A stretch of DNA of 64,000 nt, taken from assembly GCF_032444005.1 (NCBI RefSeq), contig NC_091283.1:169508001-169572000 (forward strand). The letters run 5' to 3'. Each line of letters opens with the position of its first letter. Position 1 is the first letter of the stretch. The translations under genes were made by a program, and so were the position numbers. The DNA comes from Ranitomeya imitator. Taxonomy: Eukaryota. Shown here in pieces: positions 31,981-43,900 of the stretch. The notes under the pieces are model-generated. The model searched no databases, had not been told where the DNA came from, and worked only from the letters and a program-made list of their open reading frames with translations.

Positions 31981-34900
31981 ATGCCGCTGGCGGTGAGCTG
32001 GCCGTTCCCTGCCAAGTCACACATTTACCGGCACATGGCCAGCACGGTGATCACTGGACTGGTGGGCTCTTACAGCTGGTTATGGACCAGTAAGTAGTTG
32101 GCTTTCTCATAGCTGTTGTGACTACAACTCCTAGCATGTCTGTTGTAATACAAGGTTACATAAAGTCTATGAGAGTAGCTCTGGGCAGCGGAGAAGACCC
32201 CTTATGGGGCCCATAGTCTGTAAACGGAGGGCATATTATTGACATCATCAGTTTATGGTTGGCAGGAGGTCCGACCTCCAGGACCACCATCATTCCGGCT
32301 AGAAAAAGAGACCATAGAGCTTATTGAGCACTGTGTCCCCTCTCGGGCACCCCAATAGGATATTGAGGGGCCAATAGTGCTGATTCATTCCCTTTACATT
32401 GCAGTGGATCCTGCAGTCTCTGGATCGGCGGTTGGATCCCCCCAGTTGTAAAGTGATTGCGTCTCCAATCCTTTATGAGGTTGGAATACTTCTCCACTCC
32501 CTGCTGTCAATCACGCATGATGGCTGCCATCTTGGTACTCCCATGAAGTCGAGCCCGGCTCTACAGATTGTGATTAGTGATGAGCGAATATACTCGTTGC
32601 TCGAGTGACCTCCGAGTATTTTTTTAGTGCTCGGAGATTTAGTTTCCATCACCACAGCTGAATGATTTACATCTATTAGCCAGCATAAGTACATGTGGGG
32701 GTTCCCTAGCAACCAGGCAACCCCCACATGTACTTATACTGGCTAACTGAAAAAGTAAAAAAAAAAGTGAAAAAAGTAATAAAAAAGTATGAATCACTAC
32801 TTTTCACAATCTGAAAATAAAGAAATTAAAAATAAACCTGTTTGGCATCATTGTATCCATATAAGTCTGATCTACAGATCAATAATAAAATGATAAAATC
32901 GACACATCAGAATTGCTGGTTTTTGTGGTTGCCACAGATGCTCCAAAAATGCACTAAAAAGTCATATATACCCAAAAAATGGTGGCACGGAACTGAAAAT
33001 TGTCTATGACAGGTTAATAAGGGATTGGCCTGATTCTATCATTGTTAAGACATGCTGAGAGTTGTAGTGTCAAGGCATTAGGAGGGTATTGATGCAGAGG
33101 CAGCCATGCCTGGGCTACACTGGGCATCCAGTGGTCTGGAAATACTGCTAATCTGGCGCATCGCAAAGATGATCCCATACTGGATTAATGGTGAAGTGAT
33201 GCAGTCCGGCAGCGGGTGATGTAACGGTTTAGGCCCAGTGTCTGTATAATTCCAATAGTCTGGAATTTCTGATAATCCGACCCCTGATTGTAAGTGATAA
33301 GTGTAATGACTGCAGCTGTCTCTCGTCATCACAGAGTACATGAACAGTCTGCGGGTGCACAACGAAGAAGTGTTATATGAGCTGATCGAGAAGCGGCAGC
33401 CGGACACCCCGCTCATCACTATCTCTAACCACCAGTCCTGTATGGACGACCCTCACCTGTGGGGTAAGTCTCCCTCCTCATAGGGCTCATCCTGCACTCG
33501 ACCCCAGTGAGAGAGGGACTCGTGTCATGCTGGAGACCCCATTACTGAATGTAGTGGTCCTGGCCCTGTGGCTTTCTTTTGTTGAAATGCTACAACTTCT
33601 AGCAATCACTGACAAATGCCCTGAAGAGAAGCTAACAAAATATTCTCTTCTGTATTCCAGGTATTCTAAAGTTCAGGCACCTGTGGAACCTGAGCACGAT
33701 GCGGTGGTGAGTGTCCTCCCCGGTACCCACAGAGGCATCCGTGTATATCAGCGCCACTTACTGCCATGTCTGTGCCTTCCCTTAGGACCCCCACTGCTGC
33801 GGATATCTGTTTTACAAAAGAGGTCCACTCCTGGTTCTTCAGTATGGGCAAGTGTGTGCCAGTGTGCCGAGGTCAGTGCGTGTGGCCGTCATATATATTA
33901 TATTACACTATATGGAGAAAAGTATGTGCCCCCTCCACAGCCATCCACAGGAGCGTTATCTGACCTCCAGCTAAATCCACAGACATAATATGGAGTCGCC
34001 CTCTGCAGATATAATGGCTCCCGCTTTTCTGGGAAGGATTTCTACAAGATTTTGGAGGAGTGTGCGGGAATTTTTGCCCCTTCATCCAGAAGAGCATTTG
34101 TGGGCTCAGACCCTGATGTTGGGGGAGGCCGGGGTCACAATCTCCATGATAGGTTGAGGATCGAGCTCTGTGCTTTACGGTTATGTTTTTTTCACCAAAC
34201 TCCCCCCTCCATGTCTGTGTGGCCTTTGTGCACAGTCATGGGGAACAGAAAAGGGTCTTCCCCAAGCTTTCTCCCCAAGCTGGAGTCTACCATTATCCAC
34301 AGTGTCTTGTGCTGAAGAATTAAGATTTCCCTTCCCTAGAACTAAGGGGCTGAGGCTGCCCCCGATAACAATCCCATAGTGTTATCCTCCTCCACCATCT
34401 GTATAGTGGGTTCAGAGCAGTCAGGGGGTAACGTTCTCCTGGAATCACCAAACCCAGACTCCTCCATCAGACGCCGGATAGAGAAGTGTGATCCGTCACT
34501 GCACAGAACACATCTCCTCCAGAGTCCAGTGGTGGCGGCTTTACACCACTCCATCTGACGCTTAGCATTGTGCTTGGTGATGTACGGCTGCATGAAGCTT
34601 CCGGCAGGGCCGCAGTGTTTGTGCTGCTGTAGCTCCCAGAGGAGGTCTGGACTCTGTACACTGTGTTCCAAATTATGCAGATAATATTTTTCTTGGATTT
34701 TCCTAAATGGTCGGTGCAAATGACAGTCAGTCTAATATAAGTCATCACCTGTTAGATTATACATCGAATTTTATTGAAGAAATCTCCCAATGATAACAGT
34801 ATAATCTCCAAAATGAATAAAAACTCAAAATGCACTGTTCCAAATTATTAGGCACAGTAGAATTTCTAAACATTTGATATAAAGAACTGAGAATGCTCAT

Positions 34901-37900
34901 TTGTGGAATTTGCAGCATTAGGAGGTCACATTCACTGAACAAAAAAGCTATTTAACTCGAAAACCTCCCAACAGGCCAAGTTACATGTTAACATAGGACC
35001 CTTCTTTGATATCACCTTCACAATTCTTGCATCCATTGAACTTGTGAGTTTTTGGAGAGTTTCTGCTTGTACGTCTTTGCATGGAGTCAGAATAGCCTCT
35101 CAGAGCCGCTGTTTTGATGTGAACTGCCTCCCACCCTCATAGATCTTGTGCTGGATGATACTCCAAAGATTCTCTATAGGGTTGAGGTCAGGGGAAGATG
35201 GTGGCCGCACCATGAGTTTATCTCCTTTTATGCCCATAGCAGCCAATGACTCAGAGGTATTATTTGCAGCACGAGATGGGGCATTGTCATGCATGAAGAT
35301 GATTTTGCTCCTGAAGGCACGTTTCTGCTTTTAGACCATGGAAGAAAGTTGTCAGTCAGGAACTTTATATACTTTACAGAGGTCATTTTCACATCTTCAG
35401 GAACCTTAAGGCCATGTGCACACGTACAGTATTTTTCATGTTTTTTTCGCCTTTTTTCGCTATAAAAACGCGAAAAAAATGCTTCCATATGCCTCCTATT
35501 ATTTACAATGTATTCCGCCTTTCTTGTGCAAATGTTGCATTTTTTTCCGCGAAAAAATCGCATCGCGGAAAAAAAAGCAACATGTTCATTAAATTTGCGG
35601 AATTGCGGTGACTCCGCACACCTAGGAGTGCATTGATCTGCTTACTTTCCGCATGGGTCTGTGCACATCATGCGGGAAGTAAGCGGATCATGTGCGGTTG
35701 GTACCCAGGGTGGAGGAGAGGAGACTTTCCTCCACGGACTGGGCACCATATAATTGGTAAAAAAAAAGAATTAAAATAAAAAACAGTGATATACTCACCT
35801 TCGATGTCTTCCTGCCTGTCAGCGGTGCACGCTGCCGCTTCCGTTCCTATAGATGCTCTGTGTGAAGGACCTGCGATGACGTCGCGGTCTTGTGATTGGT
35901 CGCGCGACCGCGACATCATCGAAGGTCCTGCACACACACACCATCCATAGGAACGGACGCCGCTGAGGAGATCGGCTGTCTGCAGGTAAGTATAACCATT
36001 TTTTTTATTTTATTTTATTATTTTTAAGCATTCTATCCTTTACTATTGATGCTGCATAGGCAGCATCAATAGTAAAAAGTTGGTCACACTTGAAACACTA
36101 TGTTTGACAAGTGTGACCAACCTGTCAGTCAGTTTTCCAAGCGATGCTACAGATCGCTTGGAAAACTTTAGCATTCTGCAAGCTAATTACGCTTGCAAAA
36201 TGCTAAGAAAACCGGGAAAAAAACAACAACAAAAAAATGCGGATTTCTTGCAGAAAATTTCCGGTTTTCTTCAGGAAATTTCTGCAAGAAATTCTGACAT
36301 GTGCACATACCCTAAAGGGCCCTACCAGCTGTTTCCACATGATTCCGGCCCAAAAGATGATTTCTCCACCTCCCTGCTGACGTCGCAGCCTTGTTGGGAC
36401 ATGGTGGCCATCCACCAAGCATCCACTACTCCATCCATCTGGACCATCCAGGGTTGCTCGACACTCATCAGTAAACAAGACTGTTTGAAAACTAGTTTTC
36501 ATGTATGTCTGGGCCCACTGCAATCGTTCCTGCTTGTGAACACTGTTTAGGGGTGGCCGAATAGTAGGTTTATGCACCACAGCAAGCCTTTGAAGGATCC
36601 TACACCTTGAGGTTCGAGGGACTCCAGAGGCACCAGCAGCTTCAAATATCTGTTTGCTGGTTTGTAATGGCATTTTGGCAGCACCTCTCTTAATCCAATG
36701 AATTTGTCTGGCAGAAACCTTCCTCATTATGCCTTTATCTGCATGAACTCTGTCTGTGCTCTGTTTCAGTCACAAATCTCTTCACAGTATGATGATCACA
36801 AAGTTTTTGTGAAATATCTAATGTTTTCATACCTTGTCCAAGTCATTGCACTATTTAACGCTTTTCAGCAGCAGAGATCCTTTTTATTTCTCATATTGCT
36901 TGAAACCTTTGGCCTGCTTAATAATGTGGAACATCATTTTTAAGTACGGTAGTTTTCCTTTAATTAGAATCACCTGGAAAACTAATTATCACATGTGTTT
37001 AAGATTGATTTCAGTTATCTATTGAGCCTTGAGACACAATACCATCCATGAGTTTATTTGAAAAACAAAACAATTAAATATTTATGACACTTAAATCCAA
37101 TTTTCTTAATAATTTGGAACACAGTGTAGTTATGGAGTCAGCAGAGAGTTGGTGACTTTTCTGCCCTCTGCTCCTCAGCACTCGGACCCCGCACTGTAAC
37201 ATTACAGGGTCTCCACTTTGTGGCTGAGTTGCTGCGGTTCCTTCCACTTCTCAATAATATCACTCACAGGTGATGGGGGAAGATTTAGGAGGAAATAAAT
37301 GTAATGAACGGACTTGTTACCCCGGTGGCTCCTATTACAGATCTGCCCTGGTATCAGTGAGCTCTGACCCTCTAGTTCTGTCACAGTAGTAAAGGCAGGT
37401 GACATGGTGAGTGGTCGAATGTTATACACTGGGGTGATGGGACTGAATGAGAAACTCAAATTCAGTGATTAAGACATGCATCCAGTAATCTTCTCTGTAC
37501 AGTGCGTGCATTTATGCTTGATGTCTCTGAATAGGACTGGTGTGAAGTGCAGTGTGCATGTACTCGCCTGGCATACAAATGGTGTTGGGAAACCTAGAGT
37601 TCTGAGAAGTATTCAGTGCACCTATTTTGGTATATTTTATAGCCTCTAGATGAACTCAATAATGTTCCTATTCACTGACAACAAGCAGGGATCTTGAATG
37701 GAAATGGGAAAAAATAAAGTATGTAGAATTTTTTTAGCGCACACACATATTATAGGGTTATTTTTTTCTTTAAAGAGAGCCTGTTACCAGAAAAAAACAC
37801 TATTATCCTGCAGATATGGGGTTAATCTGCAGGTTTATAGTGTTATTAAACTGCCCGGTGCCTGCACTTAGCCGAATGCTGCAGGGAGAAAATTTACTTT

Positions 37901-40900
37901 ATTCTCCCCGGCAGCGTTCTGGTTTTGCGCCAGCACAGGTTCAGTCACCGCTCTGAGTATACAGAGCAGCGGCTGTAATCGTGCTCTCAGCATTGGGGCC
38001 GCCTCTCAGTCAGGACTGGGGAAGCGGATTCAGTCACTGCGTCGGCGCTGGTTCAGTCATTGCTCTGAGTATACAGAGCGGCATCTGTAATCGCGCTCCC
38101 AACATTGGGGCCGGCTGTCAGTCAGGATCGGGGGAGCAGATTCAGTCACTGCACCGGCGCTGGATCAGTCACCACTCTGAGTATACAGAGCGGCATCTGT
38201 AATCGCACTCCCAGCATTGGGGCCGGCTGTCAGTCAGGATCGGCGGAGCTGGTTCAGTCATTGCTCTGAGTATACAGAGCGACATCTGTAATCGCGCTCC
38301 CAGCATTGGGGACGGCTGTCAGTCAGGATCGGGGGAGCAGATTCAGTCACTGCGCCGGTGCTAGTTCAGTCATTGCTCTGAGTATACAGAGCGGCAGCTG
38401 TAATCGCGCTCCCAGCATTGGGGTCGGCTGTCAGCCAGGATCGGGGCAGCAGATTCAGTCACTGCATCGGCGCTGGTTCAGTCATCAAACTGAGTATACA
38501 GAGCGGCAGCTGTAATCGCGCTCCCGGCATTGGGGCTGGATATCAGTCAGGATCGGGGGAGCGGATTCAGTCACTGCGCTGGTGCTAGTTCAGTCATTGC
38601 TCTGAGTATACAGAGCAGCATCTGTAATTGCGCTCCCAGCATTGGGGACGGCTGTCAGTCAGGATCGGGGGAGCGGATTCAGTCACTGCACCGGCGCTGG
38701 TTCAGTCACCGCTCTGAGTATACAGAGCGGCAGCTGTAATCGCGCTCCCGGCATTAGGGCCGGCTGTCAGTCAGGACCTGGGGAGCAGATTCAGTCCTTG
38801 CAACGGCGCTGGTTCAGTCACCACAATGAGTATACAGAGCGGCAGCTGTAATCGCGCTCCTAGCATTGGGGCCGGATGTCAATCAGAATCGGGGGAGTGG
38901 ATTCAGTCACTGCACCGGCACTGGTTCAGTCAATGCACTGAGTATACAGAGCGGCAGCTGTAATCGCGCTCCCGGTATTGGGGCCGGCTGTCAGTCAGGA
39001 TCGGCGGAGCAGATTCAGTCACTGTGCTGGTGCTGGTTCAGTCATCAATCTGAGTATACAAAGCAGCATCTGTAATCGCGCTCCTAGCATTGGGGCCGGC
39101 TGTCAGTCAGGATCGAGGGAGTGGATTCAGTCACTGTGCCGGTGCTGGTTCAGTCATCAATCTGAGTATACAAAGCAGCATCTGTAATCGCACTCCCAGC
39201 ATTAGGGCCGGCTGTCAGTCAGGATCAGGGGAGTGGATTCAGTCACTGCATCGGCGTTGGTTCAGTCATCAATCTGAGTATACAGAGCGGCAGCTGTAAT
39301 CGCACTCCCAGCATTGGGAATGGCTGTCAGTCAGGACCTGGGGAGCAGATTCAGTCACTGCAACGGCGCTGGTTCAGTCACCACTTTGAGTATACAGAGC
39401 AGCATCTGTTATCGCGCTGGGACGGCTGTCAGTCAGGATCGGGGGAGCAGATTCAGTCACTGCATCGGCGCTGGTTCAGTCACCACTTTGAGTATACAGA
39501 GCGGCAGCGGAAATCGTGCTCCCAGCATTGGGACTGGCTGTCAGTCAGGATCGGTGGAGCAGATTCAGTCACTGCGCCAGTGCTGGTACAGTCATCAATT
39601 TGAGTATAGAAAGCAGCATCTGTAATCGCGCTCCTAGCATTGGGGACGGCTGTCAGTCAGGATCGAGGGAGTGGATTCAGTCACTGCGCCGATGCTGGTT
39701 CAGTTATCAATCTGAGTATACAGAGCGGCATCTGTAATCGCACTCCCAGCATTGGGAACGGCTGTCAGTCAGGACCTGGGGAGCAGATTCAGTCACTGCG
39801 TCGGTGCTGGTTCAGACATCAATCTGAGTATACATAGCGGCATCTGTAATCGCACTCCCAGCATTGGGGCCGGCTGTCAGTCAGGATCGGGGGAGTGGAT
39901 TCAGTCACTGCATCGGCACTGGTTCAGTCATCAATCTGAGTATACTATACAGAGCGGCAGCTGTAATTGCGCTCCCAGCATTGGGGCCGGCTGTCAGTCA
40001 GGACCGGGGAGCAGATTCAGTCACTGCGCCGGCGCTGGTTCAGTCACCGCTCTGAGTATACAGAGCGGCAGCTGTAATCGTGCTCCCGGCATTGGGGCCG
40101 GCTGTCAGTCAGGATCGGGGGAGCAGATTCAGTCACTGCGCCGGTGCTGGTTCAGACATCAATCTGAGTATACATAGCGGCATCTGTAATCGCACTCCCA
40201 GCATTGGGGCCGGCTGTCAGTTAGGATCGGGGGAGTGGATTCAGTCACTGCATCGGCGCTGGTTCAGTCATCAATCTGAGTATACAGAGCGGCAGCTGTA
40301 ATTGCACTCCTGGCATTGGGGCCGGCTGTCAGTCAGGACCGGGGAGCTGATTCAGTCATCGCTCTGAGTATACAGAGCAGCGGCTGTCAGTCAGTACTGG
40401 AGGCGCGGGTTTGGCCCTGTGCTGTATACGCAGAGCGATGACTGAAGTGTGAATGTGGCCAGGGGGAATAAATTTAATTTTCTCCCCGCATCGTTTGGCT
40501 AAGTGCAGACACAGGACAGCATAATAATGCTATTAACATGCAGATTAACCCCATATCTAGAGGTTAACAGCATTTTTTCTGGCAGGAGATTGCCTTTTAA
40601 GTCTGTAGACCTTTAATATGCAACCTTTGGCTATTTTACTGTTATAAGACTACAACCCCAACATCATCATTTGCATCTTGTCATGCAGGAGATGGAGTAT
40701 ATCAGAAAGGAATGGACTTTATTGTGGAGCGGCTGAACAATGGAGAATGGGTGCACGTGTTCCCTGAAGGTAATGACCCCCGATCCCATATACAAGGTAT
40801 ACCCCATCATCCAGATATGAACGGGCAGCAGCGTCTCTGCAGCTTCTGTCCATCTTCTCTGATCCTGGATTGCCAGCTTCGGCGGCTGCTGCATGTTCAT

Positions 40901-43900
40901 AAAGTTTTGGTTTCCCCTTAGGAAAAGTTAACATGACACAAGATTTTATGAGGCTGAAGTGGGGTGAGTGCTGGAGACATAGTCCGAAATGGACTTGGGC
41001 TTGGTAGATATGGTGCATGTGGTCATCGCTGCTCATCTTTTTAGGTATCGGCCGATTAATATCAGAGTGCACCCTGAATCCCGTCATCCTTCCTCTCTGG
41101 CACGTCGGTAAGTACTGAACATTACTTTTTGGTATTGAATAACAGCATGGCCGCCGTCTCTGCCTGGTGCAGAGCATTTTTATCTCTTTATGGACTTATA
41201 GAAAGAAGACAGCAGCGGCCCCGCTCTTTTATAGCACCAAACATCACGTCAGCTGCACTGCAGACCATAACTGAGCCCAGTGTCTCTGCCGATGTAGATG
41301 GCACAAATGGCTCAGAGCTGATTAGCTGCTTTTCGACATGACGCCAGTCCTGCAGGCAATAACGGATTGGGGGGTGTTTACTACTAATAGTGCTTATACA
41401 GAAAAACTTTCCTGAAAGTAGACAACCCGTCTAAGGTGTTGACGGCGCTCCTATAATAGTTTTTTTGCAGGTTTTGTGCAGGAGGAGCTGGCGATTTCTG
41501 CTCTGGACTATAACACATGGAGCACTTTATTCCCTCATGCCTAACCCACCTAGAAGGGAGAATATATTATCTCCTGTATCCAGTCGTCATATTGTATATT
41601 TGTATATAACATTCAGGAAATACCGATTGAGAAGATAGAAAAAGGCATTATATATGTGTATACAAGGGTTGTAACGTTGCCACTTGTATCCCAGGAATGA
41701 ACGATGTGCTCCCAAATGATCCGCCCTATGTGCCGCGATGGGGACAGGTAGGTGTTTATTGCGACTCCCTCTGATTTCAGATCATGTATTTGACCCATAG
41801 CAAGACTATTTCTCACTTCACCACCCCTCCATACAGGGGACACAGGACCCCCATTCTCACGAGCGATGGAGGGGAAGAACGATCTGACATTTATCCCCTA
41901 TCCTGTCGTAGATTTTCTTGGTGACTTCCTAGGGCTCGGGGTCTGATAGTGACTGGAGCTATCGATTTTCCAGTGCACCATGTCACTGTCTCCATTTCTT
42001 CTTTTCCCTGCAGAAGATTACCGTGCTGGTTGGGAGCCCGTTCAGCGTTGCATCTGTGGTGGAGAAGTTAAGAGCTGAGTGCAGGACGCCTGTAAGATCC
42101 TTACGCTTTTCCTTGGCTTCATCAGAGGTCATCATGCTAGCCAGTGGATCGGGGACACTCGGCAGTCTCTGAGTAGCTGAGCCCATACCACTGATATCAT
42201 GAGGCCAATAATATTAGCACCATCAAAGAAGAGCCGCATGGATCTAATGAATGGTCGGGTCTGCCTCCACTCCAATAAGGGGGTATTCCCATCTGTGACA
42301 AAACACTCTGGGATCGCCTTTGCTGGGGTCAAAGGACACGTGGTTTGTGCATTGAATCTGAGGCGTACAGCAGGTTTCTGAGCAGGCTGACCTCAGGTCA
42401 GATTTATTAACGTGAAAGCAACACAAAAAACAAAACCTAAAAATAAATCCTAGCCTGTCCGGCACTAACTAAACAAATACGTTGCTATCTCAACAACTGG
42501 GGGGCTTCTCCCACCCAGCTAACATCACACAGATCTTTGAGCAGAGCTCTTCACTCACGTTTGTCTCACACAGGCAGGCAATCTGTGTGCCCCAGGCAGA
42601 CACTGGAAACACCCAGCTGGTCATCTTTTATTCCTGCAATCATTAACCCATTAGCACCCTGAAGATACTGAGTGGCCTAATTCACATAGGACAAACACCT
42701 GGGCGAGATATACCTGCCTCCATCTACCACACCAGCATGAGTCTTACATATCCCCCCCCCCCTTGCTCAGACCACTCCGGTCGAGCAAGAACACTTTTGA
42801 AACAGTGCACTCGGGATAGGGCATCGGCGTTCCCCATCTGCACCCCAGGTCGGTGCTCCACCGTAAAAGAGTAAGCCTGCAGGGCAAGGAACCACCTGGT
42901 TACCCGACAATTACGGTCCTTGTGGAGGTGCATCCACTTGAGAGGGGCATGGTCTGTGACCAGCCTAAACTTCCTACCAGCCAGGTAATACTTGAGGGAG
43001 TCGAGAGCCCATTTAATGGCTAGGCACTCTTTTTCAACCACCGCATACCTCTGCTCATGTACATTTAGTTTCCGACTGAGATAGAGGACCGGGTGTTCGA
43101 CTCCATCCCTCACCTGGGAAAGTACAGCTCCGACACCAGTATCAGAGGCATCAGTTTGTACCACAAACTCGCTGCTGAAATCAGGAGTCACTAGTACGGG
43201 CTGAGAGCACAAAGCCCGTTTCAGGCTGTGGAAGGCCTCTTCAGCAGCTGAGGTCCATTTTACCATGACGGAACCCTTCCCCTTGGTAAGATCCGTCAAG
43301 GGAGTAGCCATGGCTGCAAAATTGGGTATGAACCGGCGATAATAGCCGGCAATCCCCAGGAAAGCCTGCACTTGTTTCTTGTTCACTGGTTGTGGCCAGC
43401 CCTGAATTGCCTGTATTTTGTCGATCTGGGGTTTAACCACTCCTCGGCCAATCACGTAGCCCAAGTATCGGGCTTCTTCAAGCCCGATGTGGCATTTCTT
43501 GGGGTTTGCCGTTAAACCTGCATCTCGCAGGTCATCAATCACCGCTTGTACCTTCTGGAGATGAGTTTCCCAGTCCATGCTGTAAATTACGATGTCATCC
43601 AGGTAGGCAGAAGCGTACTGTCTGTGAGGCCTCAAGACTCGATCCATCAATCTCTGGAACGTTGCGGGAGCTCCGTGAAGTCCAAACGGCATATAGACAT
43701 ACTGGAACAGACCTTCCGGTGTAGCAAATGCCGTCTTCTCTCTGGCCGCCTCGGCCAGAGGAATCTGCCAGTACCCCTTTGTTAAATCCAGGGTCGTAAT
43801 GTATCGGGCTTTACCAAGCCGGTCAATCAACTCATCGACCCGGGGCATAGGGTACGCATCAAATTTAGAAACTGCATTCAGTTTCCTAAAGTCATTACAA

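Larger units (their letters stand above)
33990..37500 (-). mobile_element. Old Tc1 remnant split by the TRT-like insertion
   Basis: Degenerate transposase fragments either side of 34659-37126 (e.g. [17 protein letters not shown]...SDGSHFS; [11 protein letters not shown]); boundaries approximate. Confidence 0.55.

Noticed and set aside
33872-40688. A TAFAZZIN exon 5 equivalent
   Set aside because: Exon 4 splices in phase to 40689 giving the 262-aa form; exon 5 is primate-specific, and the intron is filled with TEs and satellite.
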